A model generated the notes under the pieces. It was not told the origin of the DNA and ran no database searches. It worked only from the letters and a program-made list of their open reading frames with translations. Positions 18,038 to 28,254 of a stretch of 32,000 nt of DNA are shown piece by piece (position 1 is the first letter of the stretch; every line of letters begins with the position of its first letter). The DNA is from an uncultured Clostridia bacterium (lineage in GTDB: Bacteria > Bacillota > Clostridia > TANB77 > CAG-465), in contig CANQYI010000002.1 of assembly GCA_947628005.1 (NCBI GenBank), positions 152,833 to 184,832 on the forward strand, read 5' to 3'. The translations under genes and the position numbers were made by a program.

Positions 18038-18383
18038 ATAAATTTAATCCTTTCATACAATAAATTAAATCTGATTTTATTAGATTATAGCTTAATTCAT
18101 CTACTTTTACTTCTTTTTTATAAAGTATTATAAGACTTATATTCTTTTTTATATATTTTTCTTGTTCTTTATATACCTCTCTACTCCATCTCTTTAATTT
18201 ATTTCTTCCAACGCTATTACCATTTTTTCTTGATACACATATACCAAGAAAATTAACATTTTTATCAGAAATATTCCTATTATTCATATAATAAACATTT
18301 ATATATTTTCCTTTAATAAATTTTCCCCTTTTGAAAATATATTTAAAATCTTTATTACTCTTTATTTTCAATGTATATTTCAT
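18024..18383 (-). CDS. rnpA: Ribonuclease P protein component
   Basis: 119 aa, basic, with the RNR-motif region GNSVGRNKLKRWSRE. It lies downstream of rpmH. Confidence 0.9.
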   Translation of the reverse strand: MKYTLKIKSNKDFKYIFKRGKFIKGKYINVYYMNNRNISDKNVNFLGICVSRKNGNSVGRNKLKRWSREVYKEQEKYIKKNISLIILYKKEVKVDELSYNLIKSDLIYCMKGLNLYENF

Positions 18384-18410
18384 AAATTTACCACCTAATA
18401 TAAGTAGTCA

Positions 18411-18442
18411 AAAAGTGGGTATAAAAAACATACCCACTTTTT
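18411..18442 (-). terminator. Hairpin (attenuator or partial terminator) between rpmH and rnpA
   Basis: On the minus strand AAGTGGGTAT-gtttttt-ATACCCACTT is followed by TTTTG. Confidence 0.5.
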
Positions 18443-18452
18443 AATAGTAGTC

Positions 18453-18587
18453 TTAAGCACTTATTACTTTTCTTCCCTTTGCTCTTCTAGCCTTTAATAC
18501 TGCTCTGCCAGAAGATGTTTGCATTCTTTTTCTAAATCCATGAACTTTTTGTCTTTGAATTGTTTTTGGTTGAAATGTTCTCTTCAT
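18453..18587 (-). CDS. rpmH: 50S ribosomal protein L34
   Basis: Not in the ORF track (44 aa). My translation is [53 protein letters not shown]. Confidence 0.95.
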   Translation of the reverse strand: MKRTFQPKTIQRQKVHGFRKRMQTSSGRAVLKARRAKGRKVISA

Positions 18588-18654
18588 AGTTACACCCCCT
18601 AAAATATGTGTATATATAAAAATTATAATTTTTTATTTTAATCAAAGTGTTTTT

Positions 18655-18683
18655 ATTATACCTTAAAAACATAATTTTGTCAA
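18655..18683 (-). promoter_or_regulatory. Sigma-A promoter of rpmH-rnpA
   Basis: On the minus strand TTGACA (18683-18678), a 17-nt spacer, then TATAAT (18660-18655). Confidence 0.65.
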
Positions 18684-18921
18684 TTATTTTTTTATGTTTT
18701 CTTACATAAATATATAATTTTATTTATTCTACTAAATATTTTTATGTAATTTTTTTGTAATTATTTTTTCATAATAATTCAATTTATATTAAAAATTCAA
18801 CAAAAAAATTTGTTAATTTTTGTAATATTTAATAAAAAAAATATTTTTTTCATATTGTAATTTTGTATATTTCGTGATATATTAATCTAAATGAAAAAAA
18901 TTAAAATTATCTCATTTTTAT

Positions 18922-19056
18922 TAATCCACATTAATTATGTAAATTTATTTATTTATTAATATATCTCTGTCGAAAAGTTATCAACATATGTGGATAACTC
19001 TGTGGATAATTTTAAAAAACATGTGTTTTAAGAAAGGTGGTTTATGGGTTGGATAA
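18922..19056. other. oriC part 1: DnaA-box cluster upstream of and overlapping the dnaA start
   Basis: TAATCCACA 18922-18930 (1 mismatch). TTATCAACA 18978-18986 (1 mismatch). Perfect TGTGGATAA at 18989-18997 and 19001-19009. GTTGGATAA 19048-19056 (2 mismatches). Confidence 0.8.
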
Positions 19057-20419
19057 CTTTATGTCAATATGGTCTCAAGCCTTGGAAATACTAAAAGAGG
19101 AGATATCTCCAGTAGGTTATAAAACATACGTAGATGTCATGGTTCCTAGACTTGTGGATGAAAATACAATTTGTTTCTTATCTCCATCAAATTATCATAT
19201 AGATATTTGTAAAAAACGTTATTTAGATTTAATACAAAACACTTTATCTTTTTTAACAAAAAAATCTTATGATATTATATTTGAGGCAAAAGAAATAATA
19301 CCAGACAGTAATGAAGAAGATAAAGAAGAAGAAATAGAAATAAACCAAAAAAGCACAAAAAAAGAAGAAAAAGTAGAAAACAGGGAAGTAGTAGCACCTA
19401 ATCTTAATCCTAAATATACTTTTGAAAATTTTATAATAGGATCTAATAATAGATTTGCTCATGCTGCAGCTTATGCAGTTTTTGAAAATCCAGGTAAAAA
19501 ATATAATCCTTTATTTATATATGGGGGAGTAGGACTTGGAAAAACTCATCTTATGCAAGCAATAGGAAATGCAATGTATCAAGCAAATCAAAATATAAAA
19601 ATAGTATATTGTACTGGTGAATTATTTGCTAACGAATTAGTATCAGCAATTATGAGCGATAAAAATGAATCATTTAGAAAAAAATATAGAAATATAGATT
19701 TATTACTAATTGATGATATACAGTTTTTAGCAGGTAAGGAGAAGTGCCAAGAAGAATTTTTCCACACTTTTAATACTTTATTTGAAAGTGGAAAACAAAT
19801 TGTAGTAACTTCTGAAAAACCTCCTAAAGAAATTCCTTTACTTGAAGATAGATTAAAAACTAGATTTGAAATGGGTCTTTCAGTTGATATGCAAACTCCT
19901 GATTATGAAACTCGTCTTGCAATTCTTAGAAAAAAAGCAGAAAGAGAAAGATATATAATAAATGATGATGTACTTGTAAAGATAGCTACAAAAGTTAAAT
20001 CAAATATAAGAGAACTTGAAGGAGTATTTAATAAATTAGTTGCTTATACATCTTTTACAAATAATACCTTAACAGATGATGTAGTAGAAAATACAATTGA
20101 ATCAATACTTGTAAAAAATACTAAAGTTTTAACAAGTAAATTAATAATGCAAGTTGTATGTAAATTTTTTAATATAAAAGTAAATGATATAGTAAGTGAT
20201 AAAAGATCAAATAATGTGGCATTTCCAAGACAAATAGCTATGTATTTATGTAGGGAAGTAGCAAATATGTCATTTCCTAATATAGGAAAAGATTTTGGTG
20301 GAAGAGACCATTCTACTGTACTACATGCTTATTCTAAAATAAAAGATGAATATAATAATAATCCTGAGACAAAAGATTTAATAGATGATATTAAAAAAGC
20401 CTTATCAGTAGTGGATTAG
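19049..20419 (+). CDS. dnaA: Chromosomal replication initiator protein DnaA
   Basis: AAA+ Walker A GGVGLGKTHLMQAIG and the C-terminal DNA-binding helix (GGRDHSTVLHA). The ORF track starts at GTG 19037. In-frame TTG 19049 lies 8 nt after AAAGGTGG and gives MDNFMSIWSQAL, which aligns with the B. subtilis N-terminus MENILDLWNQAL as I recall it. Confidence 0.95.
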   Translation: MDNFMSIWSQALEILKEEISPVGYKTYVDVMVPRLVDENTICFLSPSNYHIDICKKRYLDLIQNTLSFLTKKSYDIIFEAKEIIPDSNEEDKEEEIEINQKSTKKEEKVENREVVAPNLNPKYTFENFIIGSNNRFAHAAAYAVFENPGKKYNPLFIYGGVGLGKTHLMQAIGNAMYQANQNIKIVYCTGELFANELVSAIMSDKNESFRKKYRNIDLLLIDDIQFLAGKEKCQEEFFHTFNTLFESGKQIVVTSEKPPKEIPLLEDRLKTRFEMGLSVDMQTPDYETRLAILRKKAERERYIINDDVLVKIATKVKSNIRELEGVFNKLVAYTSFTNNTLTDDVVENTIESILVKNTKVLTSKLIMQVVCKFFNIKVNDIVSDKRSNNVAFPRQIAMYLCREVANMSFPNIGKDFGGRDHSTVLHAYSKIKDEYNNNPETKDLIDDIKKALSVVD

Positions 20420-20475
20420 AAATAATTATTACAAAAATATTACATAATTATTACTATAATATTACACAATTTTTT

Positions 20476-20711
20476 TTATCCACAATTGACTGTGGAAAAG
20501 TATGTTGATAAACTGTGAATATCTTTTTTAAAATATATTTTTCCACAACAAACAAAAATTCTGTGGATAAAAATAACAACTTATCAACAATTTTATCAAC
20601 AGCTAAAACACCTATATTTATAGTATTTTGAAGTAGTTTTCCACATAATTCACAACACCTACTACTACTACTACTAAATATATATATATTATTATTATAT
20701 TACTATTTTTT
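20476..20711. other. oriC part 2: DnaA-box cluster, DnaA-trio-like (CTA)6 tract and AT-rich unwinding element
   Basis: Perfect TTATCCACA 20476-20484 and TGTGGATAA 20562-20570. One-mismatch boxes at 20491, 20503, 20539, 20581, 20593 and 20637. TAATTCACA 20646-20654, then ACACC, then CTACTACTACTACTACTA 20659-20676, then a pure A/T run 20677-20711. Confidence 0.8.
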
Positions 20712-20740
20712 AATGAGAAAAATTTTTTGGGGGAATTAAA

Positions 20741-21856
20741 ATGAATATAAAATGTAATTTAAAAGATTTAATAAATGGATTAAATATTGTTTCAAAGACA
20801 ACTCCTACAAGGACAACTATGCCAATACTTGAAGGTGTATTAATAGAAGCATATAATGGAAGAGTTAAATTAACTACTAATGATTTAGAAATCGGTTGTG
20901 AGCATAGTTTTGAATCTAATGTTATAGAAGAAGGAAAAATTGTTGTAGATACAAAAACTTTGAATGAAATAATAAGAAGAATTGAAGATGAAGAAATAGA
21001 AATAAAAGTAGAAGATAATATATTTATAATAAAATCTATAAATGGAACATTCAAACTTACAGTTATGAATCCTTTAGAATATCCTAAACTTCCAGTATTT
21101 AATGTTAGTAGTTCTATAGAATTAGATCAAAATGTATTTAAAGATATGGTAAGAAGAACAATATTTTCAATAAGTACAGATGAAAATAGACCTGTATACA
21201 ATGGTGCACTTATAAAAGTGGAAGATAGTGTATTAACAATTGTTACAATAGATGGATTTAGATTATCATTAAGAAAAAAATTAAGTGATAAAAAAATAGA
21301 TGATTTCAAAGCTATAATTCCTGGAAGAACTTTGTCAGAAATTTTAAAAATATTATCTGATGATGAAGGAAAAATAAAAATAGGTGTAAATAAAAATCAA
21401 GCTTTATTTGAAATAGGAGATAGTATAGTAGTAAGTAGAATAATAGAAGGTGAATTTTTAAATTATAATTCTATAATTCCAGAAAATTATGATACTAGAG
21501 TAAAAGTTACAACTAAATCTCTTTTAGATGCATTTGAAAGAGTAGCTCTTTTTGCTAAAGAAAATAAAGAAAAAGATAAAAAATCACCTGTAAAAATGAC
21601 TATAGGTATAGATGGTATAACTTTAAGTTGTGTAAGTGAAACAGGGGATGCAAAAGAATTAATAAACTGTAATGTTGAAGGAAAAGAAATAGAAGTAGGA
21701 TTTAATCCTAGATATGTAATTGAAGCATTAAAAGTTATAGATGAAAAAGATATATATATAGAATTTACAAGTAGTATTTCACCTGTATTAATAAAATCAA
21801 CAGCAACAAATGAATATATATATGTAGTTTTACCTATAAAATTAAAAAATGATTAA
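20741..21856 (+). CDS. dnaN: DNA polymerase III beta sliding clamp
   Basis: 371 aa. Three-domain clamp pattern with PILEGVLIEA, RPVYNGALI, ATDGFRL-like IDGFRLS and a C-terminal LPIKL. Confidence 0.95.
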   Translation: MNIKCNLKDLINGLNIVSKTTPTRTTMPILEGVLIEAYNGRVKLTTNDLEIGCEHSFESNVIEEGKIVVDTKTLNEIIRRIEDEEIEIKVEDNIFIIKSINGTFKLTVMNPLEYPKLPVFNVSSSIELDQNVFKDMVRRTIFSISTDENRPVYNGALIKVEDSVLTIVTIDGFRLSLRKKLSDKKIDDFKAIIPGRTLSEILKILSDDEGKIKIGVNKNQALFEIGDSIVVSRIIEGEFLNYNSIIPENYDTRVKVTTKSLLDAFERVALFAKENKEKDKKSPVKMTIGIDGITLSCVSETGDAKELINCNVEGKEIEVGFNPRYVIEALKVIDEKDIYIEFTSSISPVLIKSTATNEYIYVVLPIKLKND

Positions 21857-21911
21857 AAATGAGAATATGAGAATATTTTTATATTCTCATTTTTCAAATT
21901 AGAGGTATTAT

Positions 21912-22985
21912 ATGTACATTAAAAGTATAAATTTAGAAAATTTTAGAAATTATAAAAATCAAAATATAGAATTTATAAATGGTATAAATTTATTTGTTGG
22001 TAATAATGCTCAAGGAAAGACAAATATTATTGAATCAATTTATATATCAGCATTTGGAAAATCTTATAGAACTATAAAAGATTTAGAAATTATAAAATTT
22101 GATGAAGAATATAGTAAGATAAGTTCAAATTTTATTAAAAATAATACTGAACAAAATATAGAATTATATATAGATAAAAATAATAGAAAAGTAATAAAAA
22201 AAGATGATGTAAAAATTAATAAATTATCTGATTTTGTTGGTAATGTATTAATTGTTATATTTTCTCCTGATAGTTTAGATATAGTAAAAGGTTCTCCTTC
22301 AAAGAGAAGAGAATTTATAGATATGATGTGTTGTCAATTATCTAAATCATATTTAATAAGTCATCAAGAATATACAAAATGTTTAAAATTAAAAAATAGT
22401 ATGTTAAAACAAGATTTTGTAGATAAACAATATATACATATATTAAATGAAAAAATGAGTGATTATATAGAAAAAATAGTTAAATTTAGAGAAAATATTA
22501 TATGTAAATTGTTAGAAAAATCAAAAACTATTCATAGTTTGATTACACAAGGTAAAGAAGAAATTAATTTAGAATATATTTCAGATTTTAGAGGTTTATC
22601 AAAAAATCAAATAAAAGATTTATTAGATAAATATTTAGAAATAGAAATAATTAAAAAATCTTCATTAAAAGGAATACAAAGAGATGATTTAAAAATAAAT
22701 ATAAATGATTTAGAAGTAGAAAAATATGGATCTCAAGGGCAAAATAGAACAGCATTACTTACGTTAAAATTAGCAAATTTTGAAGTATTGATAGATGAAA
22801 AAGAAGAAATTCCAATATTATTATTAGATGATATAATGTCAGAACTTGATAGTAATAGAATATCTTTTCTATTAAAGTATATAGAAAAATATCAAAGTAT
22901 TATAACTACTACAGATGCTTCATTTGTTAATAATGTGGAAAATATAAAAATTTCAAAAGTTTTAAATGGAACACTTGAAATTTGA
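21912..22985 (+). CDS. recF: DNA replication and repair protein RecF
   Basis: 357 aa. Walker A GNNAQGKTNIIESI, signature SQGQNRTALLTLKLA, Walker B LLLDDIMSELD. Confidence 0.92.
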   Translation: MYIKSINLENFRNYKNQNIEFINGINLFVGNNAQGKTNIIESIYISAFGKSYRTIKDLEIIKFDEEYSKISSNFIKNNTEQNIELYIDKNNRKVIKKDDVKINKLSDFVGNVLIVIFSPDSLDIVKGSPSKRREFIDMMCCQLSKSYLISHQEYTKCLKLKNSMLKQDFVDKQYIHILNEKMSDYIEKIVKFRENIICKLLEKSKTIHSLITQGKEEINLEYISDFRGLSKNQIKDLLDKYLEIEIIKKSSLKGIQRDDLKININDLEVEKYGSQGQNRTALLTLKLANFEVLIDEKEEIPILLLDDIMSELDSNRISFLLKYIEKYQSIITTTDASFVNNVENIKISKVLNGTLEI

Positions 22986-23030
22986 TTTAGTATTATGATA
23001 TAAATATACTAGACTTTTTATTATATTTAG

Positions 23031-24962
<1,932 letters not shown>

Positions 24963-25008
24963 AATTTTGAAGTGAACTCCATTTAGTTCATAGAAAAAAA
25001 TAAGCACA

Positions 25009-25040
25009 ATAAGAGAAGAAGTTATCTTCTCTTATTTTTT
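25009..25040 (+). terminator. Rho-independent terminator after gyrB
   Basis: ATAAGAGAAGA-agtta-TCTTCTCTTAT followed by TTTTT. Confidence 0.75.
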
Positions 25041-25141
25041 AATCTTTTTGTGTTATAAAATTGACAATAAATATTTAATATAGTAAAATTATTAAAGAAA
25101 ATAGCAATAAAAAATTAAAAAAAATAAAAGGAGGTTTCTTT

Positions 25142-26569
25142 ATGAAAAAGAAAATTTTAATTATAGGATTAATTGTTATTATTTTGATAGCAGCTGTACT
25201 TATATCATTTGTTTTTGTTAACAATAAAAAAGATTCAAATGATTATTTATCTTTTATAGAATTTAATGAAAAGGAAAATTGTTATGTTTATATAGATAAA
25301 TATGCTAATATAAAAAAGATAAATAAAGACAAATACGAACTTTCAACATCAAGTGATTTTGTAGATAATTGTATGATAGTTAAAGACGAAAATAGTAAAG
25401 AAATTGTAATTGATTCTGATCAAAATATAATTTTAGACAGTAGCTATGGAGTAGAAAATAAAAATGGTAAATTTTTCAGAACATATAAAGATGGAAAATA
25501 TGGTGTTATTGATAAAGATAAAAATGTAATTGTACCGAATGAATACGAATTCATACGAATTTTAACTTATAAAGGTGAACAATACAAGAATTTTTGTATT
25601 GTTTTAGCAGAAAAATCTGACGATACATATGATATGTATACAAATATTTATGGTAAAATTTTGTCAAACTTTAAATGTGAAACAGGTTTAACTGGTGGAG
25701 TTTCATATTATGGGATTGATGAAATTAATGCGGGAATTATAAAATATAACAATGAAAATTATGATCAAGTATATGTAAGCAGTAAAAATGGTAAAGAACT
25801 TGCAATTCAGACTAAAGATGCAACAAAGACAGTAGACTTGAGGAAAAATTGTATTATTACAGAAGAAAAAGGCAGTGAAGTGAAAAATGTTCAAATCTTT
25901 GATAATAAATTAAATTTAACAAATAAAATTGAAACAGAAGGTACAATAAAGAGTGTGCCAGGTTACATCATCATAACTGAAACTAAAAATAAAACAACTG
26001 TTACAAATGTGTATGATATGAATGGAAAAGTAGTTTTTACAAGCGATAAAGAATTGAGGGGTAAATATTCTGATAATGGTGATATATGTTTTTACGGAAT
26101 GGGAAAAATTTACAATTCAAAATTTAAAGAAATATATGAATTAAAAACTAATGATAAAATTTCATCATATGACGAAAATGAAGAATTTATATATATCGAA
26201 AATAATAAAAAAATAACTGCGTATAATTATGATGGAACAGTTGCATTAGAAGATATAGATAAAAAAGATTATCACTACGTTGTTAAAGGAAATGAAAATT
26301 ATGTTATTTGTGGTAATAAATTTGTAAAAGCAAGAGATGGAAGTGAGTTAGGTACATATCCAGTAACAGAATTACAAGAGGGTTCTGATAAATATATGAT
26401 AAAATATAATGATGGATTCCAGATTTATGATAAAAAGTCTAATTCAATTGTTTGGGATTATAAAGGTGATGAAAAAGATCCTAAAAATTTAGAAGGTGTA
26501 TATGCATTAAAATTGGGAAATAGTTATTATAATTATTATGGTAAAAAGATTTATGAAATAAAAAATTAA
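25142..26569 (+). CDS. Membrane-anchored hypothetical protein with WG/KWG-type beta repeat(s)
   Basis: 475 aa. N-terminal anchor KKKILIIGLIVIILIAAVLISFVFV. One clear WG-repeat-like unit YKDGKYGVIDKDKNVIVPNEYEFI plus degenerate Y/K/N-rich beta repeats. GGAGG SD. Confidence 0.5.
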   Translation: MKKKILIIGLIVIILIAAVLISFVFVNNKKDSNDYLSFIEFNEKENCYVYIDKYANIKKINKDKYELSTSSDFVDNCMIVKDENSKEIVIDSDQNIILDSSYGVENKNGKFFRTYKDGKYGVIDKDKNVIVPNEYEFIRILTYKGEQYKNFCIVLAEKSDDTYDMYTNIYGKILSNFKCETGLTGGVSYYGIDEINAGIIKYNNENYDQVYVSSKNGKELAIQTKDATKTVDLRKNCIITEEKGSEVKNVQIFDNKLNLTNKIETEGTIKSVPGYIIITETKNKTTVTNVYDMNGKVVFTSDKELRGKYSDNGDICFYGMGKIYNSKFKEIYELKTNDKISSYDENEEFIYIENNKKITAYNYDGTVALEDIDKKDYHYVVKGNENYVICGNKFVKARDGSELGTYPVTELQEGSDKYMIKYNDGFQIYDKKSNSIVWDYKGDEKDPKNLEGVYALKLGNSYYNYYGKKIYEIKN

Positions 26570-26595
26570 AAAATTAAAAAATGAATATTAGAAAA

Positions 26596-26629
26596 AAGAA
26601 GTATTTGAAAAAATCGAATACTTCTTTTT
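26596..26629 (+). terminator. Rho-independent terminator after 25142..26569
   Basis: AAGAAGTATT-tgaaaaaatcg-AATACTTCTT followed by TTT. Confidence 0.7.
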
Positions 26630-26789
26630 CAGCTTTAGAGGTAAAAATTGAGCTATCTAGAGCATAATCATAAACAATTCATTGAGTTATTTGATAGTAA
26701 TTTTCAAATAAGAAGGCATCAGAATATAGTCATACAGAACTAGTTAAATTGTTGAAAATTACAAAAAAATTAATATTAAAATAATGACA

Positions 26790-26818
26790 TTGAAATATAA
26801 AAAAAACTATGATATAAT
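26790..26818 (+). promoter_or_regulatory. Sigma-A promoter, ankyrin-like cassette 1
   Basis: TTGAAA (26790-26795), a 17-nt spacer containing A8, then TGaTATAAT (-10 at 26813-26818). Confidence 0.7.
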
Positions 26819-26837
26819 GCCAACATAAATTTTTTAA

Positions 26838-26858
26838 TGCTAAATAATTATTTTAGCA
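26838..26858 (+). promoter_or_regulatory. Conserved leader palindrome, cassette 1
   Basis: TGCTAAA-TAATTAT-TTTAGCA, a perfect 7-bp inverted repeat. It lies about 20 nt after the -10 and 27 nt before the ATG. Confidence 0.7.
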
Positions 26859-26884
26859 AGTTAATTTACTAGGAGGAATATTTT

Positions 26885-28084
26885 ATGTATGAGAGAATTT
26901 TAAAATTGGTATTAAAAAACTCTAAAATAATTAAAGAATTATTAAATGATCCTGACTTTAATATAAATGTTGAAGGAAGGTTTCTATTTAATGAGGCGAT
27001 AAGAAATAACGATGTAAAAATGGTAAAAATACTACTTTCAGACAAACGGTTAGATCCATCGGCAGATTCAAACTATGCAATAAGATATGCTGCGGAAAAT
27101 GGTTATGAAGAGTTGGTTAAGTTATTTTTAAAAGATGATAGAGTAGATCCGTCAGAATATAATAGTTATGCAATAAGAAGGGCATCAAAAAATGGCCATA
27201 CAGAAGTAGTAAAAATACTGCTTGAAGATGGTAGATCAGATCCATCAACACATAATAATGCTGCAATAAGATATGCATCAGAACATGGATACATAGAAAT
27301 AGTAAAATTATTGTTAGTAAATAAAAATGTAGATCCCTCTGCAGATGATAATTATGCTATAAAAAAGGCTTTAGAAAATGGTCACATAGAAATAGCAAAG
27401 TTGTTACTTCAAGATAAAAGGGTAAATTTAACAGTAGATATTGATTATGTAATGAACGAAGCTTTATATTGTGGTTATACAGAAATAATTAGTTTTTTAT
27501 TGTCAGATGATAAAATAGATCCATCGGCAGATGATAATTATGCTATAAGATATGCATCGGCAAATGGTCACACAGGAGTAGTAAAGATATTACTTGCAGA
27601 TAAGAGAGTTAATCCATCATCATACAATAATTTTGCAATAAGAATTGCATCTGAAAATGGGCATATAGAAATAGTAAAACTATTATTACAAGATAGCAGA
27701 GTGGATCCATCAACGGCAAATAATAATGCAATAAGAAGGGCATCATCAGGTGGTTATACAGAAATAGTAAAATTATTGCTCAAAGATAATCGAGTCGATC
27801 CATCAGATTATGATAATGAAGCAATAATAAATGCATCAACAGATGGTTATACAGAAATAGTAAAACTGTTGTTACAAGATAGCAGAGTGGATCCATCAAC
27901 GGCAAATAATAATGCAATAATAGCTGCAGCAGCAAATGGTCACATAGGAGTAGTAAAAGTACTTCTTACAGACGAGAGAGTCGATCCATCAGCTTGTGAT
28001 AATTATGCAATAAGATATGCATCAGCAAATGGCCACAAAGAAATAGTTAATTTACTGAAATTTGATAGAAGGTATAGGGCATAA
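26885..28084 (+). CDS. Ankyrin-like repeat protein, 12 units of a 31-residue repeat (cassette 1)
   Basis: 399 aa. Units match D-N-Y-A-I-R-x-A-S-E-N-G-H-x-E-I-V-K-L-L-L-x-D-x-R-V-D-P-S, which resembles the ankyrin helix-turn-helix core A-x-x-G-H-x-x-V-V-K-L-L-L. AGGAGG SD. No signal peptide. Confidence 0.8.
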   Translation: MYERILKLVLKNSKIIKELLNDPDFNINVEGRFLFNEAIRNNDVKMVKILLSDKRLDPSADSNYAIRYAAENGYEELVKLFLKDDRVDPSEYNSYAIRRASKNGHTEVVKILLEDGRSDPSTHNNAAIRYASEHGYIEIVKLLLVNKNVDPSADDNYAIKKALENGHIEIAKLLLQDKRVNLTVDIDYVMNEALYCGYTEIISFLLSDDKIDPSADDNYAIRYASANGHTGVVKILLADKRVNPSSYNNFAIRIASENGHIEIVKLLLQDSRVDPSTANNNAIRRASSGGYTEIVKLLLKDNRVDPSDYDNEAIINASTDGYTEIVKLLLQDSRVDPSTANNNAIIAAAANGHIGVVKVLLTDERVDPSACDNYAIRYASANGHKEIVNLLKFDRRYRA

Positions 28085-28090
28085 CAATAT

Positions 28091-28121
28091 AAAGTACTAT
28101 AGCATTTGCTATAGTACTTTT
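28091..28121 (+). terminator. Palindromic terminator, cassette 1
   Basis: AAAGTACTATAGCA-tt-TGCTATAGTACTTTT. Confidence 0.7.
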
Positions 28122-28158
28122 AAATTTGCCATTTTATGTTATTTATATATATAAAATG

Positions 28159-28187
28159 TTGAAATATAGAAGAAACTGTGCTATAAT
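28159..28187 (+). promoter_or_regulatory. Sigma-A promoter, cassette 2
   Basis: TTGAAA (28159-28164), a 17-nt spacer, then TGcTATAAT (-10 at 28182-28187). Confidence 0.7.
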
Positions 28188-28207
28188 GTTGGCGTAAAAA
28201 TTTTTAA

Positions 28208-28228
28208 TGCTAAATAATTATTTTAGCA
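28208..28228 (+). promoter_or_regulatory. Conserved leader palindrome, cassette 2
   Basis: TGCTAAA-TAATTAT-TTTAGCA, identical to cassette 1. Confidence 0.7.
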
Positions 28229-28254
28229 AGTTAATTTGTTAGGAGGAATATTTT

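Noticed and set aside
19037-19048. GTG 19037 as the dnaA start (longest ORF in the track).
   Set aside because: The GTG lies inside the AAAGGTGG Shine-Dalgarno sequence itself. TTG 19049 has correct spacing and a canonical DnaA N-terminus.
20659-20676. (CTA)6, considered as a mere microsatellite or sequencing artefact.
   Set aside because: It sits between a DnaA-box pair with a GC spacer and the AT-rich tract directly upstream of dnaN. That matches the known DnaA-trio architecture, so it is kept as part of oriC rather than dismissed.
26630-26780. About 150 nt of unassigned DNA between the WG-repeat gene terminator and cassette 1, examined for a gene remnant or small RNA.
   Set aside because: All six frames are interrupted within a few codons. 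I saw no convincing hairpin, promoter/terminator pair, or similarity to the inter-cassette spacers, so I cannot support any feature by eye.
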